Assembly: GCA_032718475.1 (NCBI GenBank)
Contig: JAUCBJ010000859.1
Span: 1 to 64,000, forward strand
DNA: 64,000 nt
DNA from: Nemertoderma westbladi
Lineage: Eukaryota; Animalia; Xenacoelomorpha
Direction of reading: 5' to 3'
Made by a program: the position numbers and the translations under genes. Below, in pieces: positions 13,248 to 25,300 of this stretch. The first letter of the stretch is position 1, and each line of letters starts with the position of its first letter. The notes below the pieces were generated by a model that was not told the origin of the DNA, ran no database searches, and saw only the letters and a program-made list of their open reading frames with translations.

Positions 13248-15702
13248 TTGGGAGATCATGTTTTACCACCAATGAAGGTCCCTCCACTTCATATTAATAT
13301 AAACCCTAATGTACAGCCTGTTCAACAGCCTCTTCGAAGAATTCCCTTTGGGCTGATTGATGAGCTTAAAGCTGAGATAGATCGGTTATGTAGGGAAGGA
13401 GTTATTATAAAGGTTCAAAGTGATGAGTCTCCAGCAGAGTGGCTGAGTCCTGCTGTAATATCAAGATGTAAAAATGGGAAGATGAAGTTATATGCCTAGA
13501 TTTGCGTGAAGTTAAGGGGGGGTACACCATTTTGCTCAAAAATATGTCGAAATTTTTTTTATTATCTATTATAATGCACCATTGAATGGTGTTTCCAAAT
13601 CTGAAAACCGAAAATAGCTCTTTTAGTTTTTAAGTTATAACAATTTCCATTTAGGGATTCCTATTGAAATTACTATTACTATATATAATGAAAGGTCGAA
13701 TATCTCAAAATATTTTTTTTATGAAATTGTCAACTTCAAAACCCTACTACTTCTACAATTTTTGAGCAATTAGTCTGAAACTTTCTGTGGGTGTCTCAAT
13801 AGCCACCCTGCATAAAAGTATCAGACAACTTTTCGAAATTTTTTGTTAATATAATTTAATACTATTTATAAAAAAACCTAAAAATTAGCATAAATTTGCA
13901 GCGCCACCTAGCGGTGCAGAATTATTTTAACAAAATTTCGCCTGATAGTTATATTGCCCCATCTTTGATCTATCATATAAAAAAACTTTCATGTGATTAG
14001 GTTCAAAACTGTAAAAGCCTTAGGGTTTTAAGCGCAACCAAGTTTTTTTTATTGTTAACTAATATTAAATAGCGAAAAAAAAAATGTTTCTGACCTGTCA
14101 TGTAGAATAGCATCTTAGGCACCTATATTCCAAATTATAGCCAAAACCAAACAATTTTGAAATGCTGAGAGAGATAAATCGAAGAGTTGACCGAAAATGG
14201 TGTACCCCCCCTTAATAAGGCAGTAATTCGCCGTCGGGTAATTATCCCAACCCCAGAAGAACTATTTATTAAACCTGCAGGTTGTATGATTTTTTCAAAA
14301 TTGGATGCATATTCCGGTTTTCACCAGATACTATTGGATAAAGAATCTAGTCGGTTGACAACTTTCATACTTCCCTTTGGCACTTATAGATACATACGTC
14401 TTCCCTTTGGCATTGCCAATGTCCCTGAAGATTACCACAGTACTATGTCGAATGCCGTAGCTGATATTTCAGGATGTGCTGTGATTGAAGATGACATATT
14501 GATTTATGCAAAATTCCAATCTGATCATGACAATATTTTGGATAGAGTCCTCAAGCGATGTGATGACATGTCTATTAAACTGAATAAAGACAAATGTGAA
14601 TTTAATAAACCAGAGATATTATATCAGGCAAAGGATTGAGGCCAGATCCCGATAAAGTGACATCAATAGAGAATATCTTCCACCAACACAACCAATGACT
14701 CAGTCTGATGTATTTGGGCCCTGGGAATGGTTAGCTATTGATTGTGTTAAAATCAAAGGAGAGAACTATATGATCCTTATTGATTATGGCTCCCGGTACC
14801 TAGAAGTAGCACCGATTACAAGTTCCAAGAGTAGGAACATCATCAGTCATTTAAACACAATTTTTGCTCGTTTTGGGGTCCCCAAATCTCTAGTTGGTCC
14901 TAAGGCACTTGTATCTGATAATGCACAGGAGTTTCGATCGGAAGAGTTCCGAGCATATTTACATTCAATCAACTGCAAACTTGTTGAAATCTCAGCACGA
15001 TAAGCACAATCAAATGGTATGGTTGAACGTTGCCATCGCACCATTAAGAAGATCATGAAAGCCTCTTCAGAACAAGGGGGGTCATTTCTTTCCCACCTTT
15101 CTACAGTATTATTCACATTGAGGAATGCTCCTCATCGGATAACTGGAGAAATGCCATCAATAGTGTTGTTTCAACACATTTCCCGCTTCCCTCCAACTCT
15201 TCTTCCTCAAGTGATTGGACCTCCAGCAACCCCATCAGCTAAGTATGTGAAAAACCGTGAGCGCATTGTTCATGATTATGATCGACAGCGTAGTTCCAGA
15301 AGGTTGGACCCTATTACTGAGCAGCATCCAGTGATGGTGAAAAATTTTGATAATCGTGGATACTCTTATCAGGGCCATTGGATTAAAGGCTCCGTAGGCA
15401 ATAAAGTTATATTGGAGAGTCCTACTGGTAAAATTATCACTAGAAATCACCATATGATTCGCCCAGTCGCAGAACCACACCAACTTCAGTATCAGCGACA
15501 GATACCCTCTGGCATATTTACACCATCCACAAGTTGTGGTAACCAAATGCCCAATGAGACCAACCCAGAAGATCCTGGAGACACTACACTACATCAAGAC
15601 ACTACAGAACTCGCTACCTCGCAACGGGAGAGCTGCTGTGGGAGTAAACGATATCCATCACGCCAACGTCGACCTCCCGAATACCTGGGATTCGAGGATT
15701 GA
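13248..15702 (+). pseudogene. pol: Gypsy pol: RT (split by a MITE) and integrase; RNase H and HHCC region deleted
   Basis: PVQQPLRRIP, WLSP, LDLREVN|KAV, FSKLDAYSGFHQI, RLPFG, IEDDILI. Then directly PWEWLAID, VSDNAQEF, NGMVER. Confidence 0.88.
13516..14211. mobile_element. Non-autonomous Kolobok-like DNA transposon, copy 1
   Basis: TTAA TSD (13512-15 and 14212-15). TIR GGGGGGGTACACCATTTT / AAAATGGTGTACCCCCCC with RR...YY termini. Second copy at 27967. Confidence 0.88.
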
Positions 15703-15863
15703 CTCTAACAGAGGGATAGAACTGTTAACAAGGACTCATTAGGAATATATATATATATATTGAGGCATGGACTCTAACCATAACTGTTATCATTAACTCT
15801 ATGACCTTTTGTCTTTGTTAAATCTATTATATAGTTTTTTGTTTTGAGTAAGGAAGGGAGTAG

Positions 15864-15942
15864 TGTAGTATGTACCTAAGGAGGCCATGGCCTGACTGGA
15901 GGATATAGATGTAATATACAACTGGCCGGCTGGTATGCTACA
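15864..15942 (+). repeat. 3' LTR (79 bp)
   Basis: Matches 11757-11835 and is preceded by a polypurine tract. Confidence 0.9.
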
Positions 15943-15947
15943 GGAGC

Positions 15948-17392
15948 TAGACATCCTCGAGCGCTTGAGTTTTCTCATGGGCCTCACTTTAAACCGGTCC
16001 AAGTCCCAGATCTTCATCCCGCAGTGTGCAGATCCAGCCCTGAATGTTCTTCCAACATCGATCCCCATCCTGTCAGTTGGTATAACTCTGTTGGGCTCCC
16101 CTATTGGCCCAGCATCATTCTGTGAGATTGCAGTGTTGCATCGAGTCAGCAAGCTCAGGGAGATCATCACCCGCCCAACTGATCTGAATGATTCCCAGAT
16201 GGAGACTACTCTGTTGGGGTCATGCCTGTCTCTGCCAAAGGTTGTGTTCGCCCTCCGCTGTTGCCCTGAAAACTTTATCATGGGGGCCTCAGCGGAAATT
16301 GACTCCACCATTTGGGAGGCACTTTCGGACTTAGTCGGTGGCTCTTTATCCGACTGGTCCTGGGAGAAGGCTGCTCTCCCAACCTCACTGGGTGGCCTAG
16401 GTCTACGCAAAGCGGCCGATCATGCCTCCGCAGCCTACATCGTGTCCTCCTGTCAGTCTGGTCAACTGGTCAGCCGGATCCTCGGCCATCCCCCCTCTGA
16501 CCCCAACCTCTCTGGAGCCCTCGACCTACTGGCAATTTCTGCCAAGAACCCCGAGTGGACCTCTACCAATGCACTCCCCACCCCAATCACTCAGAAGAAC
16601 CTCTCTCATTCCATTGACTTGGCCAACCATGAGAACCTACTGTCCACCACTCCTGACAGCCGCTCCATCGCCCAGCAAACTCCACCGCACTACCTCATGC
16701 TGGGGATTGGCTACAAGTAATACCGTCCACCTCCCTCGGCCTCCACATTCTGGACAGGGAGCACCAGACTTGCATGCAGTACTGGCTAGGTGTTCGGATG
16801 TCATCAGAGCCTACCCCCTGTCTGGTCTGTGGTTCAGTTTCGGACACCTATGGCGACCATAACGTGGCTGTGGTGGTTCGGGTGATTGTATATGTCGCCA
16901 TGACTCCGGGATGCACTCTACTCTGCAGCCCAATCCGCGGCCCGGAGGGAGGTACCAGGCATAGTGGCCGGTTCCCGCAGCAGGCCTGCCGACGTCTATC
17001 TACCAAACTGGCGCTGGGGGCAACCCATGGCACTGGACGTCACTGTCATTTCGAGCCTTCAGGCCCTCACCAACCAGGGCGCCGCTTCAAACCCCGGCCA
17101 TGCTCTGACAGTAGCTCGGGACCGCAAATTGGCTGCCCACGCCACAGAATGCAGGTCCGCAGGGGTGGGTTTCACCCCACTCGTTATCGAAGCCCTGGGT
17201 GGGTGGGAGGCCTCATCCATCTTAGTCATCCGGGAGGTCGCCCGCCTTCAGGCCATTCACCATGTCCTCAGGCTCAGTCATGCCTCTAGGCAGATTTTTC
17301 AACGCCTGGCCGTCTGTCTCTGGAGGGGCAATGCCGCCATGTGGCTCTGCCGTTCCCCTACTGTCGCCCCTTTCGTGGACGGGGTACTGTAG
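15948..17392 (+). pseudogene. CRE-like RT C-terminus, zinc knuckle and restriction-like endonuclease
   Basis: GLTLNRSKS, LLGSPIG, AALPTSLGGLGL, CLVCG...GDH, RPADV...ALDVTV, FTPLVIEALGGW, RGNA. Two frameshifts. Confidence 0.88.
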
Positions 17393-17434
17393 CCCGAGTC
17401 CCATGCACTATGTCTGATTTTCTGTAGTTTTTAA

Positions 17435-17565
17435 TATGTAACTATATGTAACAATATTGTAACTGTATGTAATATGTAACTGTACATAATATGTAACTGT
17501 ACGTAATATGCAACTGTACGTAATATGTAACTGTATGTAATATGTAACTGTACCTAATATGTATC
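17435..17565 (+). repeat. 17-bp tandem repeat (AATATGTAACTGTACGT-like) in the 3' UTR of the CRE-like element
   Basis: About 7 imperfect copies directly visible. Confidence 0.85.
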
Positions 17566-17778
17566 TGTGTTGCTTTGTGTAATTTGTTTAAAAGCCAACA
17601 GTAGATTATAATATATTATATGACAACAATAAATTAAAAAAAATATTCTGAAAGATTTATAAATTGTCTCATTTATTCAACGCAATCTGATGTCAAAAAT
17701 TCAAGTAATTTCGTAAATTTAAAGAAAAACATTCAAAAATAGAGAATGTCCGTAACGTCCGACACCGTGGAATTGCCC

Positions 17779-18090
17779 AATATCAAACGTGATATTTACA
17801 TACGAAGCGGAAATTACTACTTCCGGATTTAAATAAGGTTCAATTACCATGGTTATATCCCCTTTGCCTTCCTCTAAACAACAGGTTTAATTCGGTAAAT
17901 ACGATAAATCCGGTTCGCTGGTAGCAAACATCTCCGTCACTCTGATAGTAAATTATTGGAAGATAATTCGATGACTGAATTTAGTCCCTCCACATTCGAC
18001 AGCAGGGTTGAAACAGTTGCTGGCAGTTCCGTAGTTGGTGGAGAGTCACTGTTGTCTGCATTGTTCGTATCATCGCGTCAATCCGAACTC
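17779..18090 (-). pseudogene. Degenerate LINE endonuclease, 5' part
   Basis: Minus strand LLSNVEGLN (APE N-terminal NxxGL motif) and an RGR-G motif; contiguous with 6955 once the TIR element is removed. Confidence 0.5.
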
Positions 18091-18555
18091 TTTTTATTAT
18101 TATTACTTTACTATTTTTTTATTATTTTTATTACACCAGGGATGATAATCTACATTGTTATATTACATAATATAACATGTAAAATACAAATGGGTTGACT
18201 GTTTCGGTGTTTATTAATGCAAGCTGTAGAATGTAGATAAATATATTACTGTACTGTATTATTATTATTATTATTGTAGGTAAATTAATTAATTATAATA
18301 AATAGTATACTGTAGACTAATAAATAGTACAATGACTACTGATGCTTATTATCAGCGTTAATGCAGCCTGTAATTTAATTAATTATAATTGTTGCAGTTT
18401 TTATGGGAATAAAATATTAATTGATTATTTTTATTATTATTATTTATCAATCAATTAATTTTAAATACTTATTTTACTTGGTTACTTATATGCCAAACCC
18501 ACGGTGCAATTGAATTAAATAAATAATAACAATAATGTATCATTAACTGGTTTAG

Positions 18556-18710
18556 GTTGAAGGAGACTGTGTAGCACCTGAGATTACTTTCTACAATGAC
18601 GAAAACTTTGGCGGAGAGTTTTTCACAATCAACGGAGCTAGTAGATATTATGGGTTTATAAATGCTCACCAGGACAACGCCGTTTCATCTTTCAAAATCC
18701 GATGTGGAAT
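18556..18710 (+). CDS. Beta/gamma-crystallin-like gene, exon B
   Basis: TTTAG acceptor and GTGAGT donor. VEGDCVAPEITFYNDENFGGEFFTINGASRYYGFINAHQDNAVSSFKIRCG is a Greek key (FxxxNFxG...SS). Ends in phase 2. Confidence 0.9.
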
Positions 18711-19015
18711 GTGAGTTAAATAATTATACATAGCTTAATTTATTAACGTATATGAAATATATTACAGGCATTACAGGGCTACAACACTGTAATTCTATAA
18801 TGAATAATTTTTCATCAAAATCTTTATAAATAATATATTCTTGCCACCACCATGTAATCCACAATTGGCATATCATTGCTTTAATACAGAGGATTGAGTC
18901 AGATTTGTATGGATAACCGAGATTTTGTGACATTTCCTAAAATTTAAAAAATCTAACAGAGCAAAAGCCACTTACTTGGCAATGTTAATTTTCGTGCTGT
19001 GATTCCTTTCTGGCA

Positions 19016-21752
19016 ATTGCCTATTACTTCTGGCCAATTACTGAGAAAGTTGAAACCATTTCAAATTTTGAATAACCAACAACAGTCAAAGCTTTGAAGA
19101 CATTTTTTGGAATGGCCGGATTTTATCACCGGTTCGTTCCCAATTTTTCAAAGATTGCAGCGCCTTTAACGGATATGACCCGTGTTTCCAATGATACTGG
19201 AACTGTGAGTAAGTCTAAAATCCTCCAGTGGGATGAAAGCTCTATTATAGCCTTCCGTGATTTGAAGGACGTATTAAAAAATTATGTTACGCTCTCATTC
19301 CCAGAGCCAAACGCGAAAATTGAACTCACAACTGATGTCTTGGGTGTCGCCGTTGGTGCAGTGTTACACCAAATTGTAGGAGAAAGCAAACAACCTTTAA
19401 CATTTGTCTCGACTAAAATTACCCCCCTAGAAGCGAACAAATCAGCGTTTGATCGCGAACTTTTGGCGATATTTTTATCGCTTATACATTTTCACTGGTT
19501 GATTGGTACAGCATTTGTGATAAAAACAGATCACAAATCATTACTTCATGCAATTCAAACGAAGAAACCAATTCCACAGCAAGCAAGATGGTTGTCGTAT
19601 ATTTCAAAATTTAATTGTTCTATAGAACATGTGTCAGGTGCCTCCAACGTGGTGGCTGATTCATTGTCAAGAAACTGCGAAAATATTAGTGTGGAATTTG
19701 ACGAGGCGTTAGCTCAAGCTCAGTTAAAAGACAAAACTTTAATTAATTTTTTCAATACCACCACTTTACCGTTGAGTAAGGTAAAGATCGGTCATTCAAT
19801 TCTCGTGTGTGACAATTCAAAGGAATATCTCCGACCTTATGTGCCAACGGATATGCGGTTTCAATTGTTTAAACAAATGCATGAATTAGCCCACACCGGG
19901 GCGCGGCCAACTTTAAACATGGTATCAGATGATAATACATTTGGCCTGGAATGAGAAAGGATATTAGAAAGTAGTTTAGACAATGTTTATGTTGTCAACA
20001 ATGTAAATTACTCGAAAAAAGACAAAATGTGACAGTGACTTAAGACATACGACTCATGAGTTACCAGTGAGTCGCGAGCCTACGTAATCTTAAATATCAT
20101 CGAAACATTAAACTAATAAAGACCTACTACCCTATGTAATGCAGCATCGATCTACTTAGAAATAAACAATACCAGAGAAGTGTGGGAGTTTATTGCATAT
20201 TATAGAAGTTGGTAAATATGAAGCTGATGGAGATGAATCAGATTTAGAGGATCACTATTAGATTCTGGTGAACGAACAACGAACAAACAACATTACATAA
20301 TAAATTAAATATGGTTAATATTAAATTTTGATTTACAGCTGTTTTTATTTGAAACGCTGTAATAAAGTTTATATTTTTCAATTCATTGTTTGCAATATTT
20401 AGTTTTAGAAATATTTCTAAACAAGTTTAAAAAATTTAGAAATCACTATTTTTATTTATAAATTTCACCAACATATTTAGAAAAAAAAAACCCTGGCCCA
20501 CAGAAATCGTGTCGGATAGTGTGCTCAATTCGAATCGGCTGTCTGGGCCGAACTAATGCGATTATTGGGAATAACCCGGAAACGAACTACTTCATATAAC
20601 GAGCAATGTAACGGTGCTATAGTACAGAGCGTTTTCATCGAACTCTAAAAAACCCTTTACGATGTCACGCAACGAACTCAACATGGTCGGACTCATTACC
20701 TTTGACATTACTTGGGGTACGTTATAGTATATCTCCAGATGGGTTCAGTCCGAAGCAAATGGTGTACGGCGGAACAGTAGATCTCCCTTATTAATCATTT
20801 GCACCTGTTGAACCAGTTTCAAATCCTAGAAATTTACCGGATTATATGAAAGATCTATTTAATACTATAAATTCTTTCGCAGCACCAGTTAGAAACTACA
20901 ATGCGCCAACCTATGTGTCCAATGTGATGACAGATATAAAACACGTTTGGATACGTAATGACCGTCTTAAATCATCGCTTAGCGAAAGATATACTGGTCC
21001 ATATGAGATCATCGACCGTGATGAAAATACTGTTACCATCGAAATAAAAGGCAAACCAAATATAATTTCTATTGATAGAACAAAGATCTTATAAATAATG
21101 AATTTAAACCTGGAACTGTTGTCATGCAAAACAACCTTGTTGGCCTTGTTGGGGATTATCCTTGTTGGCCAGGAGTTACTAAACCGAATCCAGACTGCCA
21201 ATCATCTAAAGTGGTGGTGTCGTTTTTTGGAAGCGATCGTGAAGGGTTGATATCAAGGAACAGTTTAACATTATTCAACTCAGATGGAAACATCATGGAA
21301 ACATCAACTCACAATGGAAACATATCAAGTATGAAATCCGAGCTTTTAAGAAAGCGATAGAACTTGCCCAACGTGATTTACTAACTAGAAATACTAATAT
21401 TGTTGTAAGGAAACAAAAAAAATTGTGAGATTTAAAGTACAACCGTCGTATAAATTTTTTTAAAGTATCTCACGTTCCGCTACTAATAAGAGGGGTCATG
21501 TAAGGTCTAGAATTAGTAATACTGTAATACTTGTGGTGGAATAACGCACAGTCGCCCCACAGAGTGTACCGTAGGCCTATGTCCCTGATGGTAGGAGATT
21601 AGTGAATACTGTCTACAGTTCTGGGATTCTGTGAGTCAGTGATTTATTTATGCTTTATATTGTTACACGTGTTGTCTTAAATACTACTAACTATTAAATA
21701 TGATTAAATTACATTTATTGATTATGATATTATTATTCATACATCACTTATA
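19016..21752 (+). mobile_element. 5'-truncated Gypsy relic: RT end, RNase H, integrase, PWWP domain, PPT and 3' LTR
   Basis: FFGMAGFYHRFVPNFS, LTTD..GVAVGAVL, DRELLAI, TDHKSL, NVVADSLSR, HELAHTG, CxxC, ERFHRTLK, RYTGPYEI. PPT AAGAGGGG, then putative LTR TGTAAG at 21499 to ~21752. Unrelated AT-rich insert at ~20010-20500. Confidence 0.85.
21082..21400 (+). pseudogene. PWWP domain at the C-terminal end of the Gypsy integrase
   Basis: EFKPGTVV...GDYPCWPGV...KVVVSFFGSDREGLISRNSLTLF, then after a frameshift KYEIRAFKKAIELAQ. Confidence 0.75.
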
Positions 21753-22789
21753 GTCATCTCCATCCAGTATTTTTCGTGATAAAATTTTCAATTTTTTTAC
21801 GGTTCAATAAAATTAAATTATTTGCTGGGGCACGAAAAAACAAGTAGTGGAAATACGATATAATGAAAACTTAAAACCAAACTAAATTTATTTTATGAGT
21901 TTTGATATAAAGGCATTTAATTTATCCAACGGATAAGTAAAATAAGTAGTTTATAAAAATTAATACAGTAATAGGAAGCACATTATGGTAAAAGTAAATA
22001 AAATAGATATAAATATTAATTACACAGCCACATATTAGGGGGTTATTATTTAAATAAAATCGGGTATTGTAATATTTATATTTTATATATTTTATGAGTT
22101 TTATGGCCCATATGGGTTTTTTGGGATGCTAATATGACGCTTAAAATTATCGTACCTTGTTGATCACGGCATTTTTAGATACGTGTCAATGTTCAACACA
22201 CGAAAATACAAGTCTAGCACAAATTTGATTATCAAAAATAATTATCAAATCAACCTGATTTTATGACATTATGGGTTTTCTGGGATGCTGATCACGAATA
22301 AGACACTCAAAAATGTCGCATTATCCAACCAAATTCGATTTTTGCCGTTTGAATTTTTATGCTAGGCCTACTTGTTTTATTCGTCCCACCAGACAAGCAG
22401 CACAAATAATAGTTGCGTTACCAGGAATGATTTTTAACGAGTCATATCGTGATTAGCGGCCTCGAAAACCAGTAGCTTCAGAATAATCATCAAGATAAAC
22501 ACAAAACCTTGTGGTTTGACATTTATTACTTGTATTTTTCGTCCTGGGGGATTAAAATAGCACCAAAAATTATGGTTGCATTCCCAAAAATATTTTTAAC
22601 AAGTTGTATCGCGATAAGCGTTCTTGGAAACCCTTATACAATCAAAATTGAAAATTTTGAGCCAAGAATTAAAAAATTTATAAAATGACCCACCCCCCCC
22701 CCCCCCCCCCCGCCCCGCCAGATAGGGTTAAGAAATATAAAATCTAATCAAATCTAAAATTTTGCGCCGCCACCACACCCTATACCTAA

Positions 22790-23215
22790 CACCCTATACC
22801 CCACAATTTTGCGAGATTATCCGCATCATCAGGGCTAGTGTCATTTAAGATGCGTCTCAACAAAGTCATAGACAGTCAAAGCAAGACTGGTGCTAATGGC
22901 AAATCAATGCCCTACGAAGTGGAGACGGCCCCATTAAAGTGTCAAGTTTGGGGGGGGAACAATGAGAAACTTATAATGCTGTACAGTGGTTTTTCATGGA
23001 TAATAATGTATTTATTGTACTTGACACAGTAAACCCGACATAGCATTCTTAGTGCCATACAAAGATTAAGGGGTCATCAACACAACAGTTGAGCCAAGCA
23101 TGGAATTCAATAGTCAATAGCAGCCAATTCAATGGCCCTCAAACCTTCTTCCCCTAATGTATTGGAATGTCTTCACCCTGACTTCCGCACCCATGATCCA
23201 AAGTAGCTGGGTGTG
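22790..23215 (-). mobile_element. Old RTE-clade 3' fragment related to the RTE at 39693-41124
   Basis: Colinear similarity, e.g. 23170-23210 YFGSWVRKSGED versus 40275-40310 YLGSWIRKSGED, and 22820-22878 versus 39817-39875. Confidence 0.75.
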
Positions 23216-23437
23216 CCAGTGCACCACAAAATTATACACCATGCGGCAAATAATAATTTTCATGTAAATAGCATTAATAGTCTAGATCAGATTATATTCG
23301 CACTCCTTTTCTAACATAAATTCTATCGGCATGCCATACTGTATACACAACACAATTCAATATTTTTGATGGGTGACATGCTCAACACCATCTATCTAAC
23401 ATTATTGATGAACATTATTCTTATTTCCACTTTTTAG

Positions 23438-23578
23438 GTGGATGTTATATGATAATGGCAATTTCAATGGCGATTCCATTACTAATGCCCATTTACCTCG
23501 AGAACTGCTTGGGCCAGGTGAATATACTGGTGGAGCCTTCTGGTCAACTTCTATACTCTCTGATAACACCATCTCCAG
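23438..23578 (+). CDS. Beta/gamma-crystallin-like gene, exon C
   Basis: TTTTTAG acceptor and AG|GTAGGT donor, phase 2-2. (M)WMLYDNGNFNGDSITNAHLPRELLGPGEYTGGAFWSTSILSDNTIS(S). Confidence 0.9.
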
Positions 23579-23777
23579 GTAGGTAATAGAGTAGAACAGA
23601 TTTAGTTAGTAATAGCCGAGGTTTAGTTCCTCCTTTATTTGGTATTGGTTGGCTCAATGTTTATTTACAATCGCCACCCAATTGCAGCCAGCAAGTTGGC
23701 TGAGATCAAACCTAACCTGTTATTTTTTTACAATATACAATTTCTTGTTGACAGCAGTATTGGTACGTTGCAGGATA

Positions 23778-24135
23778 TAGCTATTAATAACCAGTTGGGC
23801 CTAGCTATATTATTATAACGTGGCTCCACACGCCTCCATAAATATAAGCTAACTTATTTATAACATAACTTATGTAATTTTTACATTTATTTATATAGCA
23901 ACTAATATAATTTGTGCAGTTTCTATCACTTATAATATATATACAATCATTTCGTAATGTTACAAATTTAGAATAAAACAACATACATACTTGTTGCAAA
24001 GTACTTTACAGTGTTCTGATCCTCGTGGCTTTATTTTCACTCACTCACTAACGTTCGTTTGTGTAACAACGCCACTCGGATCATCACACTGTAAAGTGCT
24101 ACTTTACACACAAGTATGTAAATAGTTATTACTCT
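23778..24135. repeat. Dispersed palindromic repeat, copy 2
   Basis: Near-identical to 448-790. Confidence 0.75.
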
Positions 24136-25123
24136 AATTCATTATTATCATTTTGGAGGTGCATTTCTTTCAGATCTTTTATATATTATTTTATAAAGCC
24201 TTTACAGATATTAAATTTTATAACTAGAACCCAAATCCTCATCTAATAGATTTCCAACTATTAAATATCTGCGAAACAAACCACTTCACACTTATTCACC
24301 ATATCTAAACTAATCAACCTATTTTTAATTCACTGTGCCATTCATAAACACGTTCATATCTTTGATCTGCTATAATTGCAAATATACACAATACTTCATA
24401 TAAAAAGTGTAATTTTAGCATGGAGAATTCCTTCTGGAGTAAATAAATCTTTCCAGAACGTCTTCCATACCAAATAAAATCTTAACGTTTTAGATAGGCC
24501 GTGTAGGTGACAGCCAGACATATATTGATTATTGAAACAGTTGTCAGGGCATCTTCCATAGACCTAATGGTACCAGGATCCGGCCCCAACCGGAAATATT
24601 ACAGGTGTTACTGCTGTAGAGCGCAATCGCTATACTATACCTGTACGTTTCAATCCCTTTCCCTCTAGCGGAATAATAGGATCGCTTCCTTTGGCATTCT
24701 GCCCAATAGCTGCTCGATTCACCTAAGTTGTTATAATCTTTTCTTTACTTTATTGGTTAATAAGAATTCAATATATATTTCTCCCGAATTTCTCTTAACG
24801 TTTCTTGTCTACAATAATTCAACTTCCTGGGTGCTGTCACTGTGTTGCGACACCCTACGGCGATGGGCTCCTTCCATTCAACTTCCATTCAGTCACTTCA
24901 AAGGCCTAGCTAGGCCTACTTAAACTCAGATATCGCTACGCGAAACCTCCCTTCCTAGCCCATGTCCGCCACAATAAATAATTATTATCAACATACAATA
25001 TGTATGATTAATTATTGGGTTAAGTATATGTTTCCTTTGGTATTAAATTTTAAACCCTATTCGACAATTTTTTACATTCGACATGATGATAAACATATAA
25101 ACTCCATTACACTTTGTTTACAG

Positions 25124-25300
25124 TGCGCAACCAATCACTGTGCGCAACAGTGATGTTTCTATTGCGCTGTTTGATCATCATTTGTTCCGTGGTTGGAGCT
25201 TGGTTCTCGATTATTCCATTCCAAATGTACTCCTTTGGACAAACAGATTCGGATCCGCTATAGTGGTTGGTAATTCAACAAACTGGAAAGCATATGATAA
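25124..25300 (+). CDS. Beta/gamma-crystallin-like gene, exon D
   Basis: TTTACAG acceptor and GTAAGT donor, phase 2-2. AQPITVRNSDVSIALFDHHLFRGWSLVLDYSIPNVLLWTNRFGSAIVVGNSTNWKAYD. Confidence 0.85.

Larger units (their letters stand above)
11757..15942 (+). mobile_element. Ty3/Gypsy LTR retrotransposon, degenerate, with 79-bp LTRs
   Basis: LTRs 11757-11835 and 15864-15942 (TGTAGTAT...AT[A/G]CTACA). PPT AAGGAAGGGAG at 15850-15860. TSD GGCGC/GGAGC. Removing it restores the host RT frame LKALDILER. Confidence 0.92.
8118..17643 (+). mobile_element. CRE-clade-like (RLE-type) non-LTR retrotransposon with N-terminal Ulp1 protease; degenerate and interrupted by a Gypsy
   Basis: RT motifs LRPIAVGETLRRL, DFKNAFNS, GVQQGDPLGP, WYLDDG. 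CxxC..H knuckle at ~16817. RLE motif RPADVYLPNW..ALDVTV..K. 3' UTR with 17-bp repeats, AATAAA and an A-tract. 5' boundary approximate. Confidence 0.85.
6956..17778. mobile_element. Non-autonomous TIR DNA transposon (Sola-like, tentative) hosting the CRE-like element
   Basis: Termini GGGCATATCCACAG / CCGTGGAATTGCCC (imperfect TIR). Motif GTAACGTCCGACAC recurs at ~7496, 7514, 7799-7815, 8009 and again at 17753, on both sides of the CRE insertion. TSD ambiguous. Confidence 0.6.
18890..22730. mobile_element. piggyBac-like MITE copy (same family as 50202-51385), split by a Gypsy relic
   Basis: 18905-19015 and 21755-22730 align in order with 50270-51385. Ends GATAGGG|TTAA. Left end not resolved. 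Confidence 0.7.

Noticed and set aside
15799-16410. 203-aa minus-strand ORF and similar antisense ORFs over TE genes
   Set aside because: Antisense shadows of GC-richer RT coding sequence; this one crosses an insertion junction.
24420-24960. Possible coding relic on the minus strand (chromo-like or CNISGWG trypsin-like words)
   Set aside because: Stops in all frames examined and no consistent motif series; cannot be assigned.
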